DNA from: a virus
DNA: 64,000 bases
Strand: one strand, 5' to 3'
Virus record (IMG/VR): IMGVR_UViG_3300021425_000006
Under the pieces are notes generated by a model that did not search any database, was not told the DNA's origin, and saw only the letters and a list, made by a program, of their open reading frames with translations. This document shows, piece by piece, positions 44,555 through 54,800 of the stretch. How positions within the stretch are numbered: the stretch's first letter is position 1; every line of letters starts with the position of its first letter. The position numbers and the translations under genes are program-made.

Positions 44555-46150
44555 ATGGCTTTAAATTTTCCAATCAGTCCTAACATAGACGATACATATA
44601 CAGATGGTACAACCACATGGAAGTGGGATGGGTCTGTATGGAACATTGTTGACGGTGCAGACGGAGTTGCATTATTTAAAACTGTTGCAGGCGATACTGG
44701 TAGTGCAACAGCCACAACAGCCACAGACACAATTACTATTGCAGGCGGCACGGATATTAGTAGTAGTGTAGTAGGAAAAACTCTAACAATTAATTATACA
44801 GGTTCAGCATCTAATCCAAATTTATTTTCAAGCATAGGTACAGATGACGGAACATTAAGTGCAACAACACCTACTAGTACTTTTGATATTATTGGCGGCA
44901 CAAACATAACTACACAAAATGCAACAGACACTAATGACATCGAAATTAATGTAAGTCCATTTAGCATAGACTTTTTGTCAGACGTTGACACAACAACATC
45001 ACCTCCGAGTACAGGTAGTGTAATAAAATGGGATGGCACAAAATGGGCACCAGGAACTGATGCTACTACTGGCGGTGGTGGCACTGATGCGGATACACTT
45101 GATGGTCAAGATGGATCATACTATTTAAACTATAATAATCTTTCTAATACACCGAGTGTATTAACATTAACTGATTTAAGTATTGGTAATGAATTAACAG
45201 CCTCGGGAGATGGAGCAATTAGTTATGATAATACTACAGGTGTGTTTAGATTTACACCTCCAGATCTTAGCAGTTACTTAACTAGTGTACCGGCACAGTC
45301 ATTTAGTAGTTTAACAGGTAAGCCGACAACACTTGCAGGCTATGGCATTACAGATGCATTTGACGGTGTGTTTAGTTCACTTACTAGCAAACCAACAACA
45401 CTTGCAGGATACGGTATTACAGATGCAGCATTAGCATCAAGCATACCAACAGATTTAACAGACTTAAACATTGTAGATGGCACAGCAAATCAAGTACTAA
45501 CAACTAACGGTGCAGGCGGATTTAGTTTCCAAGACGTAGCTGCTAGTTCAGGCGAACCGAACCAAAATGCATTTAGTAATGTTGCTGTAGCAGGACAAAC
45601 AACAGTAGCTGCAGAATCAAAAACTGATACACTTACACTTGTAGGCGGCACCAGTATTAATGTAACTACTGATGCTAATACTGACTCAGTAACTATTGCA
45701 TATAATGGTGCATCGGGTGTTACTGAATTTTCAGACTTAACTGATGTAAATGACGCAAACTTTTTAACGGTTGATAGAATTTTTGAACACGCTGCAACTA
45801 CGTTCACTGTAGACAACATCGGTGCTACAGCTTATACATTTAACCCACATTATTCAGGAAATAATCCATCAATCTATTTAATATCTGGACATACATATGC
45901 ATTTAATTTATTAGGCATAGGCGGCCATCCATTTGAAATACAAGATGGATCTTTAAATGCACTTACAACAAATTTATTACATATAGCCGAAGACGGTACA
46001 GTAAGTGCTGATAGTGATGCACAAGGTCAAGACGACGGAACATTGTATTGGAGAATTCCAGAAAATACTAGTGGTTCTTTTGCATATCAGTGTACACTAC
46101 ATTCTGCTATGGTTGGAAGCATTACTGTTAAAAGATTAAGCAGTCTTTAA
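44555..46150 (+). CDS. Tail fibre-like protein with C-terminal cupredoxin-like domain
   Basis: MALNFP.SP...TW.WDG..W start; DADTLDGQDGSYYL; two copies of FSSLT.KPTTLAGYGITDA; GHPF...YQCTLHSAMVG. Confidence 0.72.
   Translation: MALNFPISPNIDDTYTDGTTTWKWDGSVWNIVDGADGVALFKTVAGDTGSATATTATDTITIAGGTDISSSVVGKTLTINYTGSASNPNLFSSIGTDDGTLSATTPTSTFDIIGGTNITTQNATDTNDIEINVSPFSIDFLSDVDTTTSPPSTGSVIKWDGTKWAPGTDATTGGGGTDADTLDGQDGSYYLNYNNLSNTPSVLTLTDLSIGNELTASGDGAISYDNTTGVFRFTPPDLSSYLTSVPAQSFSSLTGKPTTLAGYGITDAFDGVFSSLTSKPTTLAGYGITDAALASSIPTDLTDLNIVDGTANQVLTTNGAGGFSFQDVAASSGEPNQNAFSNVAVAGQTTVAAESKTDTLTLVGGTSINVTTDANTDSVTIAYNGASGVTEFSDLTDVNDANFLTVDRIFEHAATTFTVDNIGATAYTFNPHYSGNNPSIYLISGHTYAFNLLGIGGHPFEIQDGSLNALTTNLLHIAEDGTVSADSDAQGQDDGTLYWRIPENTSGSFAYQCTLHSAMVGSITVKRLSSL
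45302..45427 (+). repeat. Direct repeat encoding the phage tail repeat FSSLT.KPTTLAGYGITDA (two copies)
   Basis: acaacacttgcagg.ta.gg.attacagatgca occurs twice. Confidence 0.8.
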
Positions 46151-46420
46151 ATCATTAACAATATTAGTTAATCGCTTACGTATCTCAATTATTCGTATTC
46201 TATTTTCGTGTAATGAACGAGGGTCAATATATCCGTTATTTGCAGGATCGTGACCGGCGTCTATTTGTGCTGCTTCGGATGCTAATTCTTTTAATAACTT
46301 ATTACATTCTTCTTTAAGTGCAGGATTAGATACCAAAGAAAGTTCTTGAGTAAAATATTTTAAGTCTTTTTGAAATTTTGGAAGTTCACTAAACTTTAGA
46401 TTGTTCATTGTCTGCCTCAA
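46136..46420 (-). CDS. Hypothetical helical protein
   Basis: Last gene of the minus-strand block; start may be the internal ATG (MNNLKFS). Confidence 0.65.
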   Translation of the reverse strand: MRQTMNNLKFSELPKFQKDLKYFTQELSLVSNPALKEECNKLLKELASEAAQIDAGHDPANNGYIDPRSLHENRIRIIEIRKRLTNIVNDLKTA

Positions 46421-46772
46421 TATTACTTGCAGGTATTATGTGATAAACATCTTTAGGATCGTATTTGGTTGCTGTTTCTGCTATAGCACTTCCTGCATAT
46501 AAACATTCTAAACTAACAGGCATCAATGGAGGAACATGAAACACTGAACCTTCATTTAAATCGTTTTCATATAGTTTACCTGTTTCAGTGTCAATCCATC
46601 TAATTCTAAGTTGACCGCTATTAACAAACCACGACTTAGTAGTATTCTTAGTAAAGCTCATGTTAGTTTTTGATCCTATGTGTTCAAATACTAATATTTT
46701 ACTAGAATAGTGTTCGGTATTAGCCCATAATACTTCATATCCATATTCAGTTTTAGTCACATTGTCATTCAT
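46389..46772 (-). CDS. Cupin-fold protein, apparently lacking metal ligands
   Basis: GYEVLWA....YSSKIL.F...WFVNSG...WIDT...L.EG..FHVPPL.P pattern. Confidence 0.6.
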   Translation of the reverse strand: MNDNVTKTEYGYEVLWANTEHYSSKILVFEHIGSKTNMSFTKNTTKSWFVNSGQLRIRWIDTETGKLYENDLNEGSVFHVPPLMPVSLECLYAGSAIAETATKYDPKDVYHIIPASNIEADNEQSKV

Positions 46773-46780
46773 TTTAATAC

Positions 46781-47218
46781 CTAATTAATTAAATTGATTA
46801 CTTCAAAAAGTGTTTCAAGTTTACGTATATTAACTTTACTTTCAAGTGTATTTTTTAATCCAAAATGTAAAGGTTTTGGCCACTTATTAAAACTGACCCA
46901 CGCATAACCGTCGTGTTCTTTATTAAGTTGTGGAATAAATTCTTTGTCAATAACACACAAGTATGTATGAAACAAGAATTGTGTATCATTGCTTACAAAC
47001 GTTTCAAGCGGAATAGTTTTTTTAATGTTAGGAACATTACCTATTTCTTCTTTAATTTCTCGTTGTAAACCTTCCCACGGAGTTTCTTTATCTTCAGTTG
47101 TGCCGCCAACTAATCCCCAAACATTATCTCGCTTGGTGTTAGCCCTGCGAACAAACAGGAATCGTTTAGTTTCTAGTGTATAAAAGATTGCACCACTACA
47201 GATAATTTTTTTGCTCAT
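46781..47218 (-). CDS. NUDIX hydrolase
   Basis: Nudix box GG..E..ET..EGL.REI.EEIG; start at ATG 47218 (MSKKIICSGA). Confidence 0.9.
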   Translation of the reverse strand: MSKKIICSGAIFYTLETKRFLFVRRANTKRDNVWGLVGGTTEDKETPWEGLQREIKEEIGNVPNIKKTIPLETFVSNDTQFLFHTYLCVIDKEFIPQLNKEHDGYAWVSFNKWPKPLHFGLKNTLESKVNIRKLETLFEVINLIN

Positions 47219-47232
47219 ACAAATAATTATCT

Positions 47233-48675
47233 TTAAAGTGCTAGTCTCCAGGTGCCTCTTGGATACTCGCCGTCTACTGAAAGTAGCCATTCTGAGTTAT
47301 TCCAACGGTATTGTTTTGAAGTTGTAAGATTAGTAATGTATACTACGTCAGTTGCACTATCATTTGCAGAAGCATCAAATACTACATGCCATCTAGTACC
47401 ATCCCATTCAATAATGTCATTTGCTTGTGCTACAAAGTCTGACCCGTCTTGATTTTTCCATGCGTCTGGACCATCAGTATTAATTGCATTGCCAATTGGA
47501 TTAAGTATTAAAACTCTAGGTGTAGTAGAGCCTAAGTTTAATGCTGATGTTCCTGTTGTTGCAGGATCAATAATATAATCTACATTACTTCTGTCGCCCA
47601 TTGGGCCTGTTAATACTGTATTGTCTGGTAACGAATCTGCGTCCCAGTTAACACTAATTTGTGTTTCGTCTAACGGGTTTAGACTAAATGTGCCAACTAT
47701 TGCATACTCAGTGTCTTGATAATCTAAGCGTCTTAAATGTATTTGGGAAATACCTGCTTCGTATGAGCCCGGCATTGCTTCAAATAGTGTTCGCCAATCA
47801 ACAGTGCCAACTTTACCTTTGTATATTAATTTAACACTATTACCTTCAACGTATATCCCTTGATTTTCATATGTAACTGTTGTAACATTAGTATTATTAC
47901 TAGTCTCATATATTTCATTTCCGTTTCGATCAACACGCCCTACTACTATTGAGTCGTCCCATGCATCAAGTTGCGGGGTTGATAAATCAACTTCTATAGT
48001 GCCTTTAGATTCGTCATGTATACTAGCAATAATATTTGTTATTACACCTAACTTTTTCACCTTAACGGGCGGACTAATGTATATTGGTACAGCAAAGCTC
48101 ATTGACGATACATCAATTTCACTTTCAGTTCCTACAGGAATAGTTCTATTACTAAAATTAATACTAGTAATGCTTACTGTTGTTAAACTAGTCCAGTCAA
48201 TATAATTGTCTGTAGTCTGTATTTCTAATGTAGGATTAAATAGAACTAGTATTTGTTCCATTAACTGCAATTTTTGATCTGTGTTCGAAGTCCATAAGTC
48301 AACATTTAAGTTTAAAATATAAGGAGTAGGATGTAGACGTTCTACAGTATAATTTTTACCTTGAATACCTTCATATGTTTGTGTATCGTCATTGTACTTT
48401 TGTTCTCTAATATGTTGCTTACTAACATAACTTGAATCAGATATTCTTGATGAATCTGTTTCTAATCCTTGGATATACACACCCATTCTAGGCACACTTG
48501 GTATTTTGTTTTCACTATTATCACGCAAAATACTACCAACTTGTCTAGTAATGTCGCCATACATAACTGGTACTGTCACGAGTTTATTTTCGTTATCTTT
48601 GTAACTAAAGTTACTCATTAACCTAACCATTTGGGTTACGTATCTTCTAATTTGTCCGTCGTAAAAATGTTGCAT
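47233..48675 (-). CDS. gp15: Tail completion / sheath stabilizer protein (T4 gp15-like) with C-terminal extension
   Basis: FYD.QIRRY......F....VPV.YG...PRM, P.PY.L...VD.W..N.DQ.LQ..EQIL..FNP. Confidence 0.75.
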   Translation of the reverse strand: MQHFYDGQIRRYVTQMVRLMSNFSYKDNENKLVTVPVMYGDITRQVGSILRDNSENKIPSVPRMGVYIQGLETDSSRISDSSYVSKQHIREQKYNDDTQTYEGIQGKNYTVERLHPTPYILNLNVDLWTSNTDQKLQLMEQILVLFNPTLEIQTTDNYIDWTSLTTVSITSINFSNRTIPVGTESEIDVSSMSFAVPIYISPPVKVKKLGVITNIIASIHDESKGTIEVDLSTPQLDAWDDSIVVGRVDRNGNEIYETSNNTNVTTVTYENQGIYVEGNSVKLIYKGKVGTVDWRTLFEAMPGSYEAGISQIHLRRLDYQDTEYAIVGTFSLNPLDETQISVNWDADSLPDNTVLTGPMGDRSNVDYIIDPATTGTSALNLGSTTPRVLILNPIGNAINTDGPDAWKNQDGSDFVAQANDIIEWDGTRWHVVFDASANDSATDVVYITNLTTSKQYRWNNSEWLLSVDGEYPRGTWRLAL

Positions 48676-49814
48676 TAGATATCAGCCTCTGGTTTTTTAG
48701 GTCTTAGAGCTTTACTTAAACTACTGCGTTCTTGTACAGTTTCTCCAGCAATTTCGTTTGTATTTGTATTGTTAATAAATGTACCCTTTTGTGTAGTCTC
48801 TGTATTTGTGTTTGACAATGTCATTCTTACATCACCTTCAACTTTAATCCATCTTGTACCATCATATTGGAAAAGACGTTTTGGTAAAAAATCGGTTCTA
48901 AGGAAATAATCCCCGTCAACAGCATCAGTTGGAAATGATATGCCATGTCCAAATGTTGCTCCGTTTGGTGCATTCTCTTGACCTATTAGATAACCTTGAT
49001 AACCGGATCTAGACGGTTTTGCTTGTATCTCGCCGTCAGCATTGGTATTCTTAAGGTCAACACTACCGTCTGCATTAGAATCTAAACTATAATAATGTGC
49101 AACGTCATAGCCCGACTTAGGAGCATCTGCTTCTGCTTGTGCTACTACAGCATCATTAATTTGCATTTCTTTTTCATATGTTGACAATACATCTCGTAGT
49201 GTATCGCCACCAGGTGCATGTTCGTCTGCTGGTAGATCTAATATATCTTTGTATTCTTGTGAATCGTATATTTGCTTTAACTTTAATCTATAAAGATGTG
49301 GATACCAAGTAGGTGAAAATCCTTCAGCGGCTCTGTTAATATCTTCAATAACATAAAACCGTTTAAGTGCTACAGTATAATCGTTAAGAGCATATTCATC
49401 TTTAAGATGTGGTAATTCTATTACATCACCTGGCATTAACTTTCTGCCAATTGTTTCTACACTACTATTAATGTGTACTGTCATAAACAATGTATCATTA
49501 CTTAAGAATAGCCCAAATTGGCTTAAATCAAAGTCAATGTCTTGTACATTGTAAATACCTCTAATAGTATAGATATCGTCGTCATACTTGCGATCCCTAT
49601 TTTCCATAAACAACATATCTTGTATGTTGGTTTCTTTAACAACATCGTAATGAGGTTGATCTGCTGTTGCATCCTCTTCTGATGTATTTTTAGGGCCGAT
49701 ATACTTATGAACAAATAAGTCAGTTCCTCCAACTGTAAACATTTCGAGGATCTGTTTATCTAAAAACTTGTAGTCTGCACCTTTTTCGGGTTTGTATAAA
49801 CTTAATCTTGGCAT
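48675..49814 (-). CDS. gp14: Neck protein (T4 gp14-like)
   Basis: D.LF.ENRDRKY, LSQFGLFL.ND.LF, GDVIELP; adjacent to gp15 and gp13; start at ATG 49814. Confidence 0.65.
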   Translation of the reverse strand: MPRLSLYKPEKGADYKFLDKQILEMFTVGGTDLFVHKYIGPKNTSEEDATADQPHYDVVKETNIQDMLFMENRDRKYDDDIYTIRGIYNVQDIDFDLSQFGLFLSNDTLFMTVHINSSVETIGRKLMPGDVIELPHLKDEYALNDYTVALKRFYVIEDINRAAEGFSPTWYPHLYRLKLKQIYDSQEYKDILDLPADEHAPGGDTLRDVLSTYEKEMQINDAVVAQAEADAPKSGYDVAHYYSLDSNADGSVDLKNTNADGEIQAKPSRSGYQGYLIGQENAPNGATFGHGISFPTDAVDGDYFLRTDFLPKRLFQYDGTRWIKVEGDVRMTLSNTNTETTQKGTFINNTNTNEIAGETVQERSSLSKALRPKKPEADI

Positions 49815-49819
49815 AAACA

Positions 49820-49852
49820 TATTTATCGTTATGTGTCGCCATACGATAAATA
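49820..49852. promoter_or_regulatory. Divergent pair of TAAATA late promoters forming an inverted repeat
   Basis: TATTTATCGT...ACGATAAATA; minus-strand element at 49820-25, plus-strand element at 49847-52. Confidence 0.75.
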
Positions 49853-49871
49853 CTATTGGAGAAACAATTAT

Positions 49872-50630
49872 ATGACAGACTTAGCAACACAAAAACAAGA
49901 AATTTTCGACTATGTTCACAGTATGTTAGGTGGTGGTATGGTCGATGTTGAACTTGACCCTGTTCATTATGAAACAGCGTTAACCAAAGCATTAACAACA
50001 TATCGTCAAAGATCAGATAATGCTGTAGAAGAATCTTATATCTTCTTAGAATTAATACCTGATCAAAATGAATATACGTTAGCCAATGAGATTATGGAAG
50101 TAAGAAGACTATTCCGTAGAAGCATAGGTTCTCGTTCAGGTGGCGGTGACGGCGGAACATTGTTTGAACCGTTTAACATGGCATATACTAACACATACTT
50201 ACTATCTAGTTCTAACATGGGCGGATTAGCAACTTATGATTTGTTTAGTCAATACCAAGAGTTAGTTGGTCGTATGTTTGGTTCTTTTATTGAATTTAAA
50301 TGGAACAGTACTACAAAGAAACTAACTATTCTCCAAAGACCAAGAGCAGACGAAGAAGTAATGATGTATTGTTACAACTATCGTCCAGATTCAGAACTAC
50401 TTAAAGACTATCTAGCAATTCAATGGATTAAAGATTATACACTTGCAAGTTGTAAATACATGCTCGGCGAAGCACGTAGTAAGTTTGCTACTATAGCAGG
50501 TCCACAAGGCGGTTCAGCACTTAATGGCGAAACACTAAAAGCAGAAGCACAAGCCGAATTAGAAAAACTACAGAACGACGTATCATTACAAGTTGGTGGT
50601 GGTGTCGGCTATGGTTTCACTATTGGCTAA
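49872..50630 (+). CDS. gp13: Neck protein (T4 gp13-like)
   Basis: LGGGMVDVELD..H, WIKDY.LA.CK..LG..RSKF..I.GP.GG..LNG..LK.EA..E; SD GGAG before ATG 49872. Confidence 0.8.
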   Translation: MTDLATQKQEIFDYVHSMLGGGMVDVELDPVHYETALTKALTTYRQRSDNAVEESYIFLELIPDQNEYTLANEIMEVRRLFRRSIGSRSGGGDGGTLFEPFNMAYTNTYLLSSSNMGGLATYDLFSQYQELVGRMFGSFIEFKWNSTTKKLTILQRPRADEEVMMYCYNYRPDSELLKDYLAIQWIKDYTLASCKYMLGEARSKFATIAGPQGGSALNGETLKAEAQAELEKLQNDVSLQVGGGVGYGFTIG

Positions 50631-50820
50631 GCCATCCCAAAAAGAAGCCTGCAGGCTTTTTTATATGGTTAAAGGCCATCTTCCAAATGACATGAAAACA
50701 ATTTATGCCTGCTATGAAGGATACTTCAAACGGTTATGGAATAATAACGAAGGTTACACACACGAAACAGGTTTTGAAGAGGCCTATAATCAATTTCTAA
50801 ATAAAACTATTGACAAGTAG
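50623..50820 (+). CDS. Small hypothetical protein
   Basis: ORF; TTG 50623 or an earlier in-frame start. Confidence 0.5.
   Translation: MAKPSQKEACRLFYMVKGHLPNDMKTIYACYEGYFKRLWNNNEGYTHETGFEEAYNQFLNKTIDK
50645..50662 (+). terminator. Possible intrinsic terminator after gp13
   Basis: AAGCC-TGCA-GGCTT followed by TTTT, 15 nt after the stop. Confidence 0.45.
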
Positions 50821-50838
50821 TATAAAATACAGTATAAT
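50810..50838 (+). promoter_or_regulatory. Perfect consensus sigma70 promoter
   Basis: TTGACA (50810-15), 17 bp spacer, TATAAT (50833-38). Confidence 0.88.
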
Positions 50839-50865
50839 TAATTTAATTAAAAAGGATTATACTTT

Positions 50866-51393
50866 ATGTTACCAAAACTCCTCGTAGTAGGGCACGGCCG
50901 ACACGGCAAAGATACAGTTTGCGAAATGTTAGAAAAGTACAACTATTCATTTCAATCATCATCAAAATTTTGTTCAGAACTTTTCATATTCAATGATCTA
51001 AAAGACAAGTACGGTTATGCCAATGAGGAAGAATGTTATGTGGATAGACATAACCATAGAGCAGAATGGTACGACATGATTCACGAGTATTGTAGTAAAG
51101 ATCTAGCACGATTAGGGCGTAATTTATTTGCTGAAAATAGTATATACTGTGGACTAAGAAATAAACGTGAATTCTTTGCAATGCAAAATGAAGAAATATT
51201 TGACTATGCTATTTGGGTAGACAGAGCAGATCATTTGCCTTTAGAAAGTTACAAGTCTATGAGTATTGAACAATGGATGTGTGATTATACTATTGACAAT
51301 AACGGTGACCTTGAGCGTTTAGAAAAGAATGTAGATGTACTAATTAAAACTATATTTAAAAATCGGGGATTAGATCTCCCTGCTTCCACCTAA
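50866..51393 (+). CDS. Deoxynucleoside monophosphate kinase-like P-loop protein
   Basis: LLVVGHGRHGKDTV P-loop; R..E, IWVDR, D.TIDNNG.L..L as in T4 gp1-like kinases. Confidence 0.7.
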   Translation: MLPKLLVVGHGRHGKDTVCEMLEKYNYSFQSSSKFCSELFIFNDLKDKYGYANEEECYVDRHNHRAEWYDMIHEYCSKDLARLGRNLFAENSIYCGLRNKREFFAMQNEEIFDYAIWVDRADHLPLESYKSMSIEQWMCDYTIDNNGDLERLEKNVDVLIKTIFKNRGLDLPAST

Positions 51394-51694
51394 CTCCTTC
51401 TTTTTGTAAAGTTCGTTGACAATTAGCACAGATAGTTTTTAAGTTAGTAGGACGACAATTATTTAAGTCGCCGTCTACATGAAACACATTAAACTGTTCG
51501 TGATGTTTACTTTGAAAACCACATTTTTCGCATTTATCTTTTTTAACATAACCTGACTGTTTCCATTTAGGAATACCAATACTCTTTCCGCCTGTTCTTA
51601 AACATCGCTCACAGCGTTTTCGATAATATGTTTTATTACCTTTTTTGTAGTTAATAGCGGCTGGTCTTTGTCCGCAAACGCATAATGGTCTCAT
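51356..51694 (-). CDS. Zn-ribbon + HNH-like protein
   Basis: CVC...C..C, CEKCGF, VFHVDGDLNN....NL.TICANCQ; start at ATG 51694. Confidence 0.75.
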   Translation of the reverse strand: MRPLCVCGQRPAAINYKKGNKTYYRKRCERCLRTGGKSIGIPKWKQSGYVKKDKCEKCGFQSKHHEQFNVFHVDGDLNNCRPTNLKTICANCQRTLQKEGVRWKQGDLIPDF

Positions 51695-51764
51695 ACTTGT
51701 ATTTACCTCACCTTTTTGGTCCCTTTTTTGTGGTGTTTTCGCCATTGTTTTTTTACTAAGATGC

Positions 51765-51770
51765 TAAATA
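51765..51770 (+). promoter_or_regulatory. TAAATA late promoter for the sheath gene (divergent partner at 51700-51705, minus strand)
   Basis: GCTAAATA upstream of SD AGGAG and ATG 51804. Confidence 0.7.
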
Positions 51771-51803
51771 CTAGTAACAACTTATACCTAATAGGAGAAC
51801 AAA

Positions 51804-54800
51804 ATGGCATTAACATCACCAGGAGTACAGGTCAGCGTAATTGACGAGAGCTTTTACACACCAGCTGAACCAGGTACCGTACCAATGATATTCGTTGCTT
51901 CCGCCCAGGATAAACTGAATGGCGCAGGCACAGGGACAGCAGCAGGAACAACTAAGGCAAACGCAGGTAAGCCATACTTACTTACTTCGCAACGCGACCT
52001 TACTGAAACCTTTGGCGACCCAACTTTTATAACAGATTCTAATAACAATCCAGTACACGCAGGAGAACTTAACGAGTACGGATTACAAGCAGCTTATTCA
52101 ATGCTTGGTGTTAGCAACAGAGCATATGTTGTTCGTGCAGACATCGACCTTAATGAATTAAAAGCATCAGCAACAGCACCAGCGGCTGCACCAGCAGACG
52201 GAACAAGTTGGTTTGATACACAAACTTCAACTTTTGGTATATTTGAATGGAATTCAAATTCAGCTACTACAACAGGCGGACAAACTTTTAGTAATAAAGT
52301 TCCAACTGTTATCACTGATGTAACTAAACTAGTTGGCAACAGTGCAACTGGAAATCCAAAAACATCAGTTGGCCAAATTGGTGATTATGTAGTTGTTGCA
52401 ACTACAACAGTAAATAAGTTGTTTTACAAAAATTCAAGCGGTGCATGGGTACAAGTTGGAAGTGCAGCTTGGAAAGGCAGTCACGCTACAGTAAAAAGTT
52501 CTTCAGCTGTTGCTAGTGTTGCTTCAGGCGTAACAATGACAATTAACAGTGTTACTGTTACATCAAGCGGAACAGCATTAACAGATGTAGTAAGCGATAT
52601 TAACGCTTTATCAATTGCAGGCGTTACAGCGGCAGTAGTAGATAGCCAATTAGAGCTTTATAATACAGGTGCTTCAACAGCAAATATTATTATTGCAGAA
52701 GGAACAGGACTTGCAGACGATGTTAAGATTCCAGCAGGAACTTATGCAATTCCAGCATTAACAACTGCTCCACATACAAGCGTACCAGAGTATAAGTCAA
52801 CTGATACAACTCCAAGACCATCAGGAAGTGTTTGGTTTAAAACTACTGAACCTAATTTAGGTGCTCGTATTAGAGTTAAGCAGTATGCTGTTGGAACTGG
52901 CACATGGACACAAGTTGCTGCTCCAATTTATGCTAATAACCAATCAGCATTATACGCACTAGATAAAAGCGGTGGCGGTGCTAATTTAGCAGCAGGTTCA
53001 TTGTATGTACAATCTAACGTAGCCGAAGAAGCAGTTAACTTAGCAACTTTTAAAATATTTGAAAGAGCAGCATCAGGTGCAACTGTTATAACAAGTTCAG
53101 CTGTAGCAGCTCAACTTTCAGCACAGAGCTATGCTTTTGATATTCAAGAAACTTTAGCAAACAATGGTGCATTACAGACAGCAAAAACTGTATCATTTAC
53201 AGCAGTAGGCGCTTCAGGTGATGCAGATACACTAGCAGGTGCTATTAACAGTGCAGGATTTACTAACATTGTTGCAACTGTTGACACTGCTAACAAAGTT
53301 TCAATTAAACACACATTAGGTGGAGACTTCCGTATTACTGATACAGGAGGTGCATTAGCACTTATTGGTTATGCAGCTTATGTAGATGCAAATTCAGGAA
53401 CACCTAATTTATATGCTGCTCCAGCAGGCGACACAGTAAATGATTTTGTTGCTTCAAACTGGAAAGTATTAGCATATACAGCAGGCGAAGATGCTCCAAC
53501 AGCATTAACAGCAGATGGCACACTTTGGTACAATTCAATTGTAGACGAAGTTGACCTTATGATTCACAATGGTACTACTTGGGTAGGTTACTTAGATTCA
53601 ACAAGTCCGTTTTATGCGGCTACTGATGGTGATAAGACTGATCCAAATGGACCGCAAGTTTCAGCTTCTGAGCCAACATTACAGTCAGACGGTACAGCAC
53701 TTAAAAATGGAGACATTTGGGTCAGCACAGCAGACTTAGAAAACTATCCGTTAATTTACAAATATAACGGTTCTACATTAAAGTGGGTATTACTAGATAA
53801 AGGTGATCAAACTACTGAAGACGGTGTACTATTTGGTGACGCTCGTTATAACACAGCAGGATCAAACAGTGCAACAGCAGGTGAGATTAAAGACCTATTA
53901 TCAAGCAACTTCTTAGACGCAGATGCTCCAGATCCAGCACTTTATCCAAAAGGAATGCTATTATGGAACACAAGACGTTCAGGATTTAATGTTAAGAAAT
54001 TTGTTAGAAACTATGTTGATACATCATTAGACAATGGACGTTTTGGTGATGAGTCAATGAGTTCTTACTACACACACCGTTGGGTAACTGAATCAGCTAA
54101 CCAAGATGACGGTTCAGGTAGCTTTGGTGCTAAGGCACAACGTAAAGTTGTTGTACAGGCAATGCAAGCAATGGTTAACAGTAATGACGAAATTAGAGAT
54201 GATGAGTCAAGAGTGTTTAACTTAATGGCAACTCCAGGATATCCAGAACTAATTGGAGAAATGATTGCACTAAACAATGATAGAGGCTTAACAGCATTTA
54301 TTGTTGGTGATTCACCAGCTAAACTAAAATCCGATGCAACATCTTTAAACGAATGGGGTTCAAATGTTAACCTTGCAGTTGAAGATAATGATGCAGGACT
54401 AGTAAGCAGAGATGAATACTTAGGTGTGTTTTATCCATGGGGCTTCTCAAGCGATAACGCAGGTAACAACGTAGTTGTTCCACCAAGTCATATGATGCTA
54501 AGAACACTTGCATTAAGTGACCAAGTTAGTTATCCTTGGTTTGCACCAGCAGGTACAAGACGTGGTGGTATTACTAACGCTTCAGCAACAGGATATATTG
54601 ATGCAGAAGGCGAATTTGTAAGTGTAGCGTTGAACGAAGGACAACGTGATACACTTTATAGTTTAAGTATTAACCCAATTACGTTTATTACAGGTGCAGG
54701 TCTTGTTAACTTTGGTCAAAAAACTCGTGCAAGAGGTGCAAGTTCTTTAGATAGAATTAACGTTTCTAGACTTGTAATATTCTTACGTAGTCAACTTAAC

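Noticed and set aside
47219-51745. Longer N-termini given by the ORF track for NUDIX (47290), gp14 (49820), gp13 (49833) and HNH (51745), also 300
   Set aside because: The extensions run through promoters or upstream genes; downstream ATGs fit the SD or TAAATA spacing better
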